From positions 3,720,001-3,784,000 of the forward strand of contig OZ361260.1 of the NCBI GenBank assembly GCA_977018835.1: DNA of 64,000 nucleotides. Direction: 5' to 3'. The notes below the pieces were generated by a model. It worked only from the letters and a program-made list of their open reading frames with translations. It did no database searches and was not told where the DNA came from. A program made the position numbers and the translations under genes. Below are positions 23,322 to 35,300 of this stretch, piece after piece (position 1 is the first letter of the stretch; every line of letters begins with the position of its first letter). Source of the DNA: Minutocellus sp. GHC0000111. Its lineage: Eukaryota.

Positions 23322-25211
23322 CTAATGTTCCAAGTCCCCTAGAGAAGACGATGTAGATGATACAAAGCTTCCCTCTGACTCATCCTCGCCTGTAGAAAGA
23401 TCATCAATATCCTCCACCTTGACATCAAAGGCCTCCATCGACAGAAGCGTCTGATAAATCTCGCTATCCAACCGCTCCTCTTCTTGCTCATAGCCAAACT
23501 GCTTTGGCTTACCTGCAGGTACTCCGTCATCTCCAAATAAATCAAGACTCGATTCTCTGCCACCATCGTCCATATTACCACCACTACTGTAAAATGAGCA
23601 GAGACGCTCTTCGCGGAATTGGAGGCTCTGTCTGCCCTGTTCAATGGAATCTATGCTCTTGTTTCGAGATACTTTTGGCTCATTACGTGGGAACAAAGGC
23701 ATCCTCGGAGCAGCCAACATCTGCTCTTCTCGGCTGGGTAGACGACGATGACGCCGGTCCCCGGGCACCATGGGCAATTGTGGTGGATGAAGTGTCACCC
23801 TTGCATTTTGGTGTTCTCCTTTCCTTTCTGCGCCCGCGCCATAGGACTCAAATCGTGGGGCCAATACTCCTCCAGCTCCAGATTCTCTTGCCCTCGCCCG
23901 TTCTTCGTGCTCCACAAAGCCAATATTTGCAATGGCGTTTATGTTGGACGCTTGCTTCTTTCTCCTAGTACCACTAGACGCCGTCGCCCGGGACTGCACA
24001 ATCTTGTTGGCCTTGAGCATATCTTCGATGCCCCGTCCCGGTGCATCGGTGATGTTGAGGATGGTAGCAAATAGTTCGTCCATCTGCTCTTGAGATTTGG
24101 CCCTCCGATGGAAAATTGCCTGCTTATCGTCCATAGATGTGTTGCTATCGGCACATGCCATCGCTGGGGCTGACTTTACAGATGGATTTGTCGATGACTT
24201 GGTCGTTAGGGTGCTAAAGGTATCGCCAGAATACGATGAAGAGAACGACGTCGACGACGACGAGTCGTTGCTGCTCGGCCTTGTCGGTGCCGATGGAGTT
24301 GACATGTGCTCGTTGCCACGTGCGAGTGGATGGACAAGATCATGTGTTTGGTGGGGAGGCGTGTGCACTTCGACTGGTGATGGCTCCGCCTCATCGGTCG
24401 AGTAATCCAGCGACGCTTCTTCCGTTATCTCCGTTTTGGGTGTCTTGGGACTGGCCATTTGCTGGATATGTCGTTGGCTCGCATGACTAGTCTTTGGCGC
24501 GTTGAGCAATGCACTCATGTCCGCCCTGAACTTTCTTAGGGGAGACGGAGGGATGCCACCGCCCTTGGCCTTGGGCGTCCTGCTGCTGCCGCCGCTGCTC
24601 CGTCCAAAGCTGAGTTGTGGTTTTGTATACTTGAGTTTTCGTCGGAATATCGACTTGGGCTTCTTCACAGCCTTCTCCCTTGTCATCTCGGTGCTATTGG
24701 CCTGGTCAGTCCCATCGACTTCCGTTTGTGCACCGCTATTATACGCCGCGGAAAGTGCGGTAAGATCCGATATGGTATCGCTCTCGTCATCCGACAAGGT
24801 GCTACCACCGTCATCATCTTGGGCCCCATCCAACATAGCCGCAGCAGCTGCTTTTGTGGCCCTTTCGTACTCCGAGGCACGATGTGCTGATGTGGTTACA
24901 TTGGTCGCTACTTGAGTCGTCTCCGACTGGCTGATGCAGGTGCCGTACGACTTGCGAGTTGATATGGTATTGTCTGTCGATGGACGGGGTGGGGTGCGGC
25001 CGCCGTTGTTGCTGTATGTGCTTCTTCTTGTGCCTTGCGCTAGTGCACCTCGAGGCGAGGTTGCAGCTACCGGCGGTGCTGGTGGAGGCAGGTCGAGAGC
25101 ACAAATCGCCGAGACGTTGGACGGAGGTGAGGCGAGCAGATGGGGCGTGGCGCCGCTGTTGCTGCTGCTGCCCAGGCTGCTGCGACGCCGGAACACCTGG
25201 AGGGTCCTCAT
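23322..25211 (-). CDS. Ser/Thr-rich low-complexity hypothetical protein
   Basis: 629-aa ATG ORF, apparently disordered; no motif recognised. Confidence 0.55.
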   Translation of the reverse strand: MRTLQVFRRRSSLGSSSNSGATPHLLASPPSNVSAICALDLPPPAPPVAATSPRGALAQGTRRSTYSNNGGRTPPRPSTDNTISTRKSYGTCISQSETTQVATNVTTSAHRASEYERATKAAAAAMLDGAQDDDGGSTLSDDESDTISDLTALSAAYNSGAQTEVDGTDQANSTEMTREKAVKKPKSIFRRKLKYTKPQLSFGRSSGGSSRTPKAKGGGIPPSPLRKFRADMSALLNAPKTSHASQRHIQQMASPKTPKTEITEEASLDYSTDEAEPSPVEVHTPPHQTHDLVHPLARGNEHMSTPSAPTRPSSNDSSSSTSFSSSYSGDTFSTLTTKSSTNPSVKSAPAMACADSNTSMDDKQAIFHRRAKSQEQMDELFATILNITDAPGRGIEDMLKANKIVQSRATASSGTRRKKQASNINAIANIGFVEHEERARARESGAGGVLAPRFESYGAGAERKGEHQNARVTLHPPQLPMVPGDRRHRRLPSREEQMLAAPRMPLFPRNEPKVSRNKSIDSIEQGRQSLQFREERLCSFYSSGGNMDDGGRESSLDLFGDDGVPAGKPKQFGYEQEEERLDSEIYQTLLSMEAFDVKVEDIDDLSTGEDESEGSFVSSTSSSLGDLEH

Positions 25212-25859
25212 GTTTTTCCTTGTGAATTCTACTTTCTATGTAATTTTTTCTCACTGCCGATGCTTCGGATGCAACTGATCGTACAAAAGGCACGCCGCAA
25301 GTGCATCGACAATCTCCGTGAAGAACTTTCCGCGGCGCCTTGGCTTCGGACGAACATACTGAGCCATTCGAACTCTACTTGCTCGACCAATCAAAGAAGG
25401 TTGGGATTGGCGGCGGAAGTCCTTTTCCTTTTTCCGTAAAAATGTACTGGCGGGCAGGCTCGCTACTTTTTTCCACATCCAGCAGAGTCAGGTAAAGACA
25501 TGGCGCAACTCTGGCATGCCATGGCGCACCCCCTTTCGAATTTTCTGCATGTCAGGTGAAAGGTTAGCACGATCGTTCCAACCAAGACGCCGCGCGTCGT
25601 AGCCACCCTTTGTGCTGACATGATGAGCACGTAAGGAACTCCTTGGTATTTGCTCTCGTTCAAAAGCAGCACATCTCGTGCAGTGTTTCTTCCCGAGCGC
25701 CTCTCCATTGTAGCCGCCGACTTTTTCGGCTGAGCGCGAGGCGTCGCCATCAGCGTGGAGACGGCGAGGTAGCCGCTCAAAGCACAATTGCTAGTGGGCC
25801 CCAAGAGTTCTTATCCATCATCATCAGAATATTGTGCGCTATAATAGCAGCTCCATCCC

Positions 25860-28031
25860 ATGCCCTTCTTCCGACGAGGCGGGGGCCAGTCGTCGGCCTC
25901 GGCTACTTATGCCAGCGCGACTAGTAGTAGCAAGGATGGCGATGCCGACGGCGTGTGGCGCTCGTCGACGCACTGCACGCCCTCCGAGGTGGCCAGCGTG
26001 GTATCGAAAACATCGTCGCATCGATCGAGCAGAACGGGTGCTCTCATGGTGACCATGAGCCGGCCGCCTCGACCGACGACTGCTGCTTCATCGGCAAAGA
26101 GCGACGACAAGTCCAGCAAGGATCTGAGTCAAAAGAAGAACAAGCAGAAAAAGAAGAAGGAGAGAATAACTCGAACAACAAAGCCCGGATCATCCACAAA
26201 GAGCAGCTCAAAAAAGAACAAATCAAGCAAATCAATGGCATCATCATCGTCAGCGGCTACTCCTGCGGCAGATCGAAGCAGAAGTCGCACCAAGAGAGAT
26301 CGAGATGGCAACGAGCAAGGCCAAGAGGGGCAGACACCATCCAGATCGTCGACTCCGGTGAGACGAAACAGATGTGATGATGATAACGTGCAAAACGTGG
26401 AACAAATGTCAACTCCAAGAGCCACTGCCCTGCCATTGCCCTCTACCCCAACAGTATCATCCGCCAATACCGGCAAACCTCTCCCATCCTCCTCACCGGA
26501 ATCGACAACTTCGACCGTCATATCCGACTCCTCCGAGGACAGTCATGGCAACACAACGGTATCATCCATAACCCAAACCATGGCACTGGATCCTGCCCGC
26601 ATGGCCATGGACTATCCCGAACTGGCGGCCTCGCTCAAACATCATCCTCCGATGATCGAACGCACACTCAAATGTCCCGCCGGTGCCATTGGTTGTCAGA
26701 TCGATGACTCATCGACGGGTCCCATCATCGACGATGTTCTGGCCAGCAGCAGTATGGGCGGATTGCTCTTTCCGGGCGATCGGATATTGGCCGTGGATGG
26801 TCTGGACGTGAGGGGGCTCAAATGCGGCCGAGTTAGGGAGATCATGTCAGAGCGAAGACATGAGGAGCGCGAGATCAGGGTATTGAGTATCATCAACATT
26901 GCCGAGAATGGGTGCAAGGGTGATGCCGAGGAGCCGAAGGTGGGAGAATCTAGTGAGGATCAGGGCATGGAGAGGTTAAGGGCAAGGAAGAAGAAAATAA
27001 TGACCCCGGCGGTATCTTCTGTCCCGGTCATGCAAAGTCCTATCAAGGATCACTCACATCCTCGGCCTCTCCACCGCCGGTCGATTGTAGCACCGGCCGG
27101 CAAACTTGGCCTCGTGCTCAGAAACACAAAGGATGGTCCAGCGATCCACACTACCAAGCCAACCTCGCCTCTTGAGGGTAAGGTATTTGTTGGCGATCGG
27201 ATTGTGCGGGTGAATTGCACTGATACTACTACGTTGAGAGCCAAGGAGCTGACGAAACTGATGGCTGGCAACTCGACCAAGACTCGTGAGATTGTTGTTT
27301 TGAGCACGGTAGATGGAGCGAAAGATGAGAAACCAGAACAAAAGATGCAAATGAAAGCCACACAGCCGTCGTCTTCTTCGCCGCCCAAGCCTTTAACCAC
27401 TGAAACAAATAAAGCAGCGCATACAGCAGCGTCGATAACATCTGCAAAGGCATCGCTTTCTACTCGGTCTGATACCAAGGATAGTGGTGTCACAGAATCG
27501 GAAGCAGCTGAGCAACCAAGTGTATCTGTGGACCATAGCTTTCCACCGTTCCGGTCGACCCCAAGTCGTCGGAAAGAAGGAGAATCGTTCCAGCAATATT
27601 TGGTGAGACGAAGGAAAGATTTGTCGGACATTCGAGCAAAGAAGGAGTGCCACGATGATCCTGCGTGCACCGACGTAGAGTCGAGGAGCAGCGAAGGGAA
27701 TCGAAGCAGCGCGTCGTCTTTTGGCACGATGAAGATGTCGGCAGAGAAATTTGTGCAAGAAGGTAATCAAGATGCAGCTATACAACAATACGAGCGTATC
27801 ATTGGCTGCCTTGAGATAAAATACAACAGCAACGGCAGCCAAGTCGACAGTGATGCCGATGAGATCACAAAGGTACAACAAGCGGGCGCTCAGGAGGAGA
27901 TTATTGCGCTTTGCGATGTACTGAGGGAGCTGTACAGGGCAAAGGGGGAGAAGTCCAAGAGCGTCAAATGTTTGCGAAGGAAGATCAGTACTCAACGTTC
28001 GTTGTTGAAGCTGAAAATGGAGATGATGTAG
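25860..28031 (+). CDS. Protein with two PDZ domains
   Basis: PAGAIGCQI..GPIIDDV..SSMGGLLFPGDRILAVDG and APAGKLGLVL..GPAIHT..SPLEGKVFVGDRIVRVN. Confidence 0.8.
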   Translation: MPFFRRGGGQSSASATYASATSSSKDGDADGVWRSSTHCTPSEVASVVSKTSSHRSSRTGALMVTMSRPPRPTTAASSAKSDDKSSKDLSQKKNKQKKKKERITRTTKPGSSTKSSSKKNKSSKSMASSSSAATPAADRSRSRTKRDRDGNEQGQEGQTPSRSSTPVRRNRCDDDNVQNVEQMSTPRATALPLPSTPTVSSANTGKPLPSSSPESTTSTVISDSSEDSHGNTTVSSITQTMALDPARMAMDYPELAASLKHHPPMIERTLKCPAGAIGCQIDDSSTGPIIDDVLASSSMGGLLFPGDRILAVDGLDVRGLKCGRVREIMSERRHEEREIRVLSIINIAENGCKGDAEEPKVGESSEDQGMERLRARKKKIMTPAVSSVPVMQSPIKDHSHPRPLHRRSIVAPAGKLGLVLRNTKDGPAIHTTKPTSPLEGKVFVGDRIVRVNCTDTTTLRAKELTKLMAGNSTKTREIVVLSTVDGAKDEKPEQKMQMKATQPSSSSPPKPLTTETNKAAHTAASITSAKASLSTRSDTKDSGVTESEAAEQPSVSVDHSFPPFRSTPSRRKEGESFQQYLVRRRKDLSDIRAKKECHDDPACTDVESRSSEGNRSSASSFGTMKMSAEKFVQEGNQDAAIQQYERIIGCLEIKYNSNGSQVDSDADEITKVQQAGAQEEIIALCDVLRELYRAKGEKSKSVKCLRRKISTQRSLLKLKMEMM

Positions 28032-28164
28032 GAATTCCTGCATGTACCTTTGGTAGCTAGTCGATAAATGTATGTTCTATGTTTATCCGTGATCAAGGCC
28101 GTCAATGACGACGTGCAATCACAATAAATGCTTCGCAAAATATATTTCCCTCTACCGTTGTCCA

Positions 28165-29097
28165 CTACTCAATATTCCAAAGCCCCGCCTCCACCTCGAG
28201 TTTGGGCTGATGCTTCTGGTACCACTTCGCAAGCCGGTCGTTGCGATCCTGGCGGAGCACCTGGCAATACTCACGATGCTTGCCTGACCAATCCTTCTCC
28301 TGGCATTCCTTGCCGCAGTACCGAACAGCGGAGCAGCCGCCGCATCTTTTCGTGTCGGGACCATTGGGAAGGCTTGTAGTGCAGTGGGCGCACGAGGGGA
28401 CTTAGAGTACAAGTGACGCATCGCGTCCCGATATTTTGCATCATCAAGGGATTGGATCATCTTTGGGAACATTGCAGCGGTGCAAGAGGCGCAGTGGCCT
28501 TCAGTGGCACAAAAGATTTCTCCTATGGCATCTTTTGAATCTTCTTTGAACGTGAACTCCAGGATAGGATCACACCCATAGCAGAGCTGAACATTGCACC
28601 CTTTGCTGGTGCCAATGCAGTTCGGGCAAAAAGTGCGATCGCACTTTGCACAATGAAGCGCGTCGATTTTCTTCCTGGCGTCGGTGTTTCCTCTGGATAC
28701 GCCCGCAATCTGAAGGATGTTTTCGCACTCATGCCCAAAGCAGAGACTGCACCGAAAGTCGTGCCCACCGTCCTTGATCATTTGCTGGATAAAATCGTGG
28801 CGAGATGCAACCAGTGCCGCTTGGGCGTCGACAGTCATCTCTTCGATAGGCGTGCTCATGTCCAAACCACCGGGCAATGGGTATCGTCTGTTCTCCTCCG
28901 CGAAAGAATATCTGGTGGCCACTTCGAGGGTATGAGGACAAACGTGGACATGACGGCACTTGGTCGGCGCAACGCAACCCGTTCGGACAGGGCTCGTAGA
29001 TCAGCCGCGCCTCGAATTTCTTCCGTTCTTTCTCAGCCTTGCGATCGTCCTTGGTGCCCTTCTTGGCGGAGCGTCCTTTTTTCTTGTTGTTCGGCAT
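28165..29097 (-). pseudogene. Cys-rich protein with a C-terminal MYND zinc finger, two frameshifts
   Basis: An alternative frame at about 28264-28392 reads CAHCTTSLPNGPDTKRCGGCSAVRYCGKECQEKDWSGKHREYC, with stop at 28165-28167. The start MPNNKKKGR at 29097 joins through a shift near 28965. Confidence 0.75.
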
Positions 29098-29330
29098 GGT
29101 GACAGCGATAGTCGGTCGACAACGGCAGCCACACAAGAGTGTCGTCCCGAGATCGATGAGATAGTCCGATCGAGCAGCGCGGTATCTACCGCATTTCTGA
29201 ATGATCCGCATTTCTGAATGATGCAAAGATGACGTGTAAATTTCCCACAAACACTTATGCCCCCTCCTCTCGTCAGTTGAGCGAGGCCATAATAAAGCAA
29301 ACTGAAAAACCAAGAAGGAAGCAAGGAACG

Positions 29331-32300
29331 ATGAGGAGGGCGTGGGCGTACCTCGCCGGAAGCGGCGGCGACGCCGGTAACGAAGATGCCTCTGCAATCG
29401 ACAAGGAGAGCCATGTATCTGCAGGCGAGCAGCAGGAAACAAATGCCGGCGATCAGCAGCAAAAGCAGCACAATCAAGGCCCAAGCGACGACGGCGATGG
29501 GCCGCTGGAGGAGGCACGTTCCAGCGCCGGCGGTACCGATGGGAACGGCAATGATGCGCAACCAGACGACCTTAAAACCCGTGCAACGGATTCAGTTGCG
29601 GCTGGTGTGCCTCCTGGCGGTGACGACGGAGCTGACGCTGCTGCTGCGGTGAAGGAATCTCCGGAAAGCGTATCTTCTGCGAGCAAAAGCGTTACAAATA
29701 ACGCCAGAGCGAATGAGGACGATAATAACGTCGGAGCAATGGACACTAACAAAGAGGAGCAGCAGCAAACCGAGTTGAAATCAGATTCCACGCCAGCGGT
29801 AGCACCGGCACCGTCGTCTGGTTTGGGCCTTGGACTGGCCTCGGCCGCCGCCCTGCAGCTCGTAGCGAACGCCGAGACTCCCCAGCGGGCCGAGCGGATC
29901 GTCGACGTTGGCGCTGCAACTCCAGCAGCTCTCCACTACGAGGAACCGCCGGCCACCGACCAATCGTCCCTGCTGGAGCAGAGCTGGGATCCCATGGCAT
30001 CGACCAGCACGGAGGAGGAGACCGCCGATATTTACGACGACGATGATGAGGCTGGTGATAATGACAATGATGGTAATGTTGGCAATGGTGCTGATATGGA
30101 AGGAGCAATCGCTACTACTAGTACCAGCATCGGCCCCTCCCCGCCGCAGTCCAACGGTGCCATCAGCTTTGGCGAGCCGCCGACTCCCATCGTTGGCAAC
30201 CGAAGCAACAGAAACAATCAGGAAGGTGATGACGGTAAATTTGTCGCAGAGAACAAGGAAGATGAGGATGTTCTGGTGGGGAGCGATTTGAGCATACCCG
30301 TCATCGTCGATCCAAACGGAGCACCGCCAGCCAGCAATGGCAGTAGTACCAAGAGTAGCGGTGGCGGGAAGAAGGGCTGGTCGTTCTTTGGAATGCTCCA
30401 GTCAGCCGAAGAGGGGGCTGGAGGAGCGGATGGGGAAATATCGGTATTGGCAGATGTAAAGAGCGTCGTGGAAGGAGAGGAGAAGAAGAAGGGACACGAC
30501 AGTGGTGACGGTTCAAAGGACGTGGGAGTGCAACTGGCGCACATTGGTGACGAGGGGGGCAAAACCGGTGCTGTACCAAAGGCACCTGAGCAACAGCAAG
30601 CGCCCGAAGAAGCATCTCCATTACCAGTCGAGCCAAAGCCCAATGCCGTCGTGGACGCCATTCCTCCAGATATTGGTACAGGTAATGGTACGGACGACGA
30701 TTATGCCAGCGAGGTCGATCTGGATGAATTCGATGGAAGCATCGATAGGAATGATGAGAGAGACAATGCCTCGACTTTGTCGCATACGCCGCCACCAACA
30801 TCACCAAAGCGACAAGAGATGACCAACAAGCTCCTCGCAAATCTCATGGCCGACGTGGCCGATGATGAGGATGGAGATGGGTCCATCGTTCCGATCAAGG
30901 TGGTGCAACCACCATCAAAGGGAGACGGTGAGGAGTGCAACGTGGACCAGCAAGATCAAGGCGATGACGTTGCTGTGGCCGAAGAAGAGGTGGAGATATC
31001 CTCAACGGGTGTGCTGGAAGTGGATGCCGACGAAGTATTTGGTCTGCATGAGTCATTGAATGAGTCAAAGCGAAACCTCGTTGCAAGTGGCGCCGATGAA
31101 AAGACAGGAGGCACTGCTAGCACTGGTGGCCAAGGTCCCTCAGCAGATGTTGACACTGACGAAAATGACTACGGCGATGACTTTGAGGGCGTGGAAAATG
31201 AGCTGCTGGAATCCTTTCGAGATAGCAAAGCCGCCCCCGTCAAACCGGAAAAGCCAAGGACAAGGCCGGATGAAGTAACAGTCGATCCAAGAGCTCTAGC
31301 CCGCGGTTTTGGCGCGCCGGCACATGAGAGGAACAATCGGCGCCACCTCAAAACGCTCGAGGAAGATGACGAGGATGAAGAACGGAGGGCCGTCCGCGAT
31401 GGAGCATCACCGACTCCAGATGAAATGGGCCACGTTGAGCCTCATCCCAACCAAGAACTTTTTGATATCATCGATCGCAACTTTGAGTCCTTCAGCCCGC
31501 AATGCGATCCCTTGGGAGAGGATCAAAAGCGCTATCTCACATCCGAGGACGTCCGGCTCTGCTTTGTGGCATTTGTCGCAATTTTCTCCCCTCCTCCGAT
31601 TACTACGCTCGCCGAGGAATACAACCATTCGCTCGACGATGACCTCGCCGCTGAGCGTGAGGAACTCGAGCGCCAACGTGCAGAATTGGACCGTTCTGGG
31701 TCTGGTCACGGAGAAGCAATCAGTGGCGACAGACAACGGCACGGGGGTGATGACGAGGGAGAAGCTGGAGCCGACGATGGTGACAATGATGCGCGACGGC
31801 GTCCTCACGTCCCAATGGACCTTGTGGTTGCTTTATGGGAGGAGGTCCTTCGAACCGTGGGAGATGAAGGGGCCCTCAAACCTGGCACCGATGGCGTTTT
31901 GGCTGCAAGAGATGGACAGTATTCACCCGCGATCTCATATGTCCGGGACGCTTTAGTTTCACTTGGCTTGGTCGATGTTGTCAGTGGTAGTACGGTCGGG
32001 CGTGATGATGGAATGCAGAGCATCCATCTTGATGATGAAGACGGCTTCTTCGGAAAGGTTCTTGGTGGATTCCGCAATGACAAAGGTCGTGGTGGATCAA
32101 GACAACGAGGAAGCGTCGAAACCATGGTAGTACACCAGAGCACCAATCAGCAGTACGGAGAGTATCTTGCAGACGAACATCACTGTTACGAGTTCCCTCA
32201 GATTGTGGCCGAGTACAGACGCCGGTGGAGCAAGGCCGTCGTCAAGTGCAGCATGACCGAAGGAGGGGAGTGGTCAGAATTCACTTCCGGCTACGACCTC

Positions 32301-35300
32301 TATACCCTCCCGTGGAATCTCACCTGTACCAGCATGTTTGATGAATGCGCCGCGTTGATGCGAGATCAACGGTATGTCATTCGCCGTCTGGAAGAGGTTG
32401 GTGTCATTGACGGCACGACCGCTCACGTGACCGACGTCGATGAGCTCCTTCGCACTATTTGCGAACAGTGGGAAGACTACAATGGCACCGTCGATTGGAA
32501 AGCCTTTATCCTTGAAACCTACGGCCACATCAAATCGTATGCGGCAAGTCTCTTGAAGTCCAGGGAGGACGCCGCAAATGCGGCGCGTGGTGACGGAGAA
32601 ATATCTAGAAGCTTTGATGCCGATGAATTGGATAGTCCCGACGCATCTCGTCTGCTCGAGGCTGGACGCGCACTTCATCTGATAGGAGTCTCGCTAGGAA
32701 CCCATGGTTATGTCGATGAAGAGATTGAATACTATCTCGAATCACTCCGCTTCAAAGAAGCCACTCCTGATGGTGACGACCGTGTGGACTACTCGGATAC
32801 GCTCCACTGCTTAGGCTTTGCGTATGATAGCGTTGGAAGGACGGCCGAGGCGCTGGAAAAGTATGACGAGGCGCTCGATATCCGATTAAAGTTGCTTGGT
32901 GAAGATGATCTCCGTGTGGCCGAGACCATGCACAACAAAGGAGCCATTTGCTGCGAAAACGGTGAATGTGATGAAGCTCTGAGCTGTCTGGAGGAAGCAC
33001 TGCGAATCCGCCGAGAACACTTTGGCGATGTTCATGAAAGCTGTGCTGATACCGAGCAATGGCTTGGCAATGTAATGCGTGAGTGGGAGGACCACGAAGA
33101 GGCGATGATGTACTTCCGGGAGGCGCTTCGCATCAAGAAGATTCTTCTGGGGAAGGATCACGAAGACGTTGGCAATACCGTCTACAACCTCGCGGTAGTC
33201 TTGGACGATCTGGGGAAATTTGATGTGTCGATGGGTTGCTACAAGGAAGCATTGCGCATACGAAGGTTGAATTACGGTGCCGACGACGCCCACACCGCTG
33301 ATTACTTACAGTGTATGGGCAACGTATCGAACGCGTTGGAGCAGCAGCAGGAGGCACATGACTACTTCAAGGAATCCATTGAGATACGCGAACAATTCCT
33401 CCAGACCGAGGTGATTGACTTGCTTGGGGAAGACTTTGATCCTTTCGTTGTGGAACTGAAGCCTTGTAGCGAGGAGACGCAAGCACAATACGAAAAGCTC
33501 ATCCTGTGCTACGAAGAGGTAAGTGTACGGCGTGAGTTGTGTATCTTCTCTGGTCCTGTCCCTTCTATTTGTCCGAGAACTAATCTCTTCCAACAAAATC
33601 TATATCTACTGAATTGATCTATGTCGTGCAATCGCCCACTCTTCAAAATTGCAGGTCCTCCCACTTACCAAGCTCTTATCGGGAAGCGATCACATTGACG
33701 TTGCCAACCTTCTCGAGCGGATGGGCGCCATTTATGCCAAAACTTATGATTGGCAGCTACCAAGGAGCCATCCGGGTCCGCCGATCTCTCGAGTCAACTG
33801 AGCGCGCCGAGGAGCTCACCATCGCATCTCTTTTCTACAACAAGGGACGATGCCACGCACAGCGAAAGGAATATGCTGTTGCGAAGGCATGCTACGAATC
33901 ATCACTCAAGTACCGCATCCCCCTCCTCGGCGATAAGTCCATCGACGTCGCCCTTGCCCTGTATGGAATGGGATTTGCTTTAGGCAGACTCAAGAGGCAC
34001 CAACAAGCAATCGTCGCTCTCACCGAGTGCCTCAACATCTTCAAGAAAGAGCTGGGCGAGAATCATATTCGATGCGGCGACGCACTGCATTGGATTGGAA
34101 GGCAACACGCGTCACGTTCTGATTTCGACAAGGCCCTCGCCAAGTATACCGCCGCTTTGCGAGTTTACAAGACAAATAAGGCCAACAAGGAAATGGATCC
34201 CCGAGTAGTTGCTGCGACGCTGCATTGCATGGGCAACGTCCACGAGAGACAACGCCACAGCAGCAGTGGAACGGCCCTCAAGTGCTACGAGGAGGAAATC
34301 CGCCTCCTCAAGTCCCTCGAAGATGATGGCGATACTGCCAGCAGCGTCAGCCTCCATGAAGCTCTCCTCTCTGCCGCCAATGTTCAGGCGAAACGAGGTC
34401 AGTACGATGAATCCATGGAGAACTTTCGTGGTGCGCTGGAGCATGCGAAACTTGCCTTTGGAGATGAAAGCGAGCAGGTTGCGACAGCGCTAGAGAAAAT
34501 GGGCGTCATCCATGCCAAGCAAGGCGAGAACGAACTGGCCAAGGCCGCTTTGACCGAGGCATATTCGCTGCGAGAAGTCGTTAGTGGGCGAGCCAATGCA
34601 GAGACTGCCCTCACAGCCTTCAAGCTGGGCTGTGTCCTTGACAAACTCGACGAGCAGGAAGCTGCGGGTGTTTGCTTCGAGGAGGTCATTCGCATTCAGA
34701 GGAATAAGCTTGGTCTGCAGAACGAGGTCATGGCCAAATCGCTGTTCAAGATGGGCGAAAATTATGCGAAGCGCGGCAAGGCCCGAAGTGCAGTAGACTG
34801 CTTCCAAGATGTGAGTTGTTATCGCTGGATCTGATTTTTGTACGGTATTTTGCATTCTCGGCATGTACTAACTTCTTTCTTCCCTGAAATTTAATATATA
34901 TCATCCCACAGTCTCTTCGTATCAGGCGAAGGCTCGCTGGAGATGACAGCGAGGTTGTTTCCCTGACCCTTCATCGACTCGCCAATGCATATGTTCTGAC
35001 AAAGTCCAACGACAAGGCACTGCTGTGTTACAAGGAAGCCCATCGCGTTCGCAAGGACAACAATGACACTGAAAGCAGAGAAATGGCTGACTTGGCCTTC
35101 GACATGGGCCAATGCTACGATAAGAGCGGCAACTTCGTCAATGCTGGCAATTCATACTCCGAAGCGCTTGGTATTTACAAGGTGCAGTGCCCCGGCGCCG
35201 ATAGAATTCCGCAGGTTCTTGTTCTCATCGCTACTACGTATGAGAAACGAGACATGTTTGCCGAAGCTTCAGAGTGCCTATCGGAGGCTATTGCCATTAT

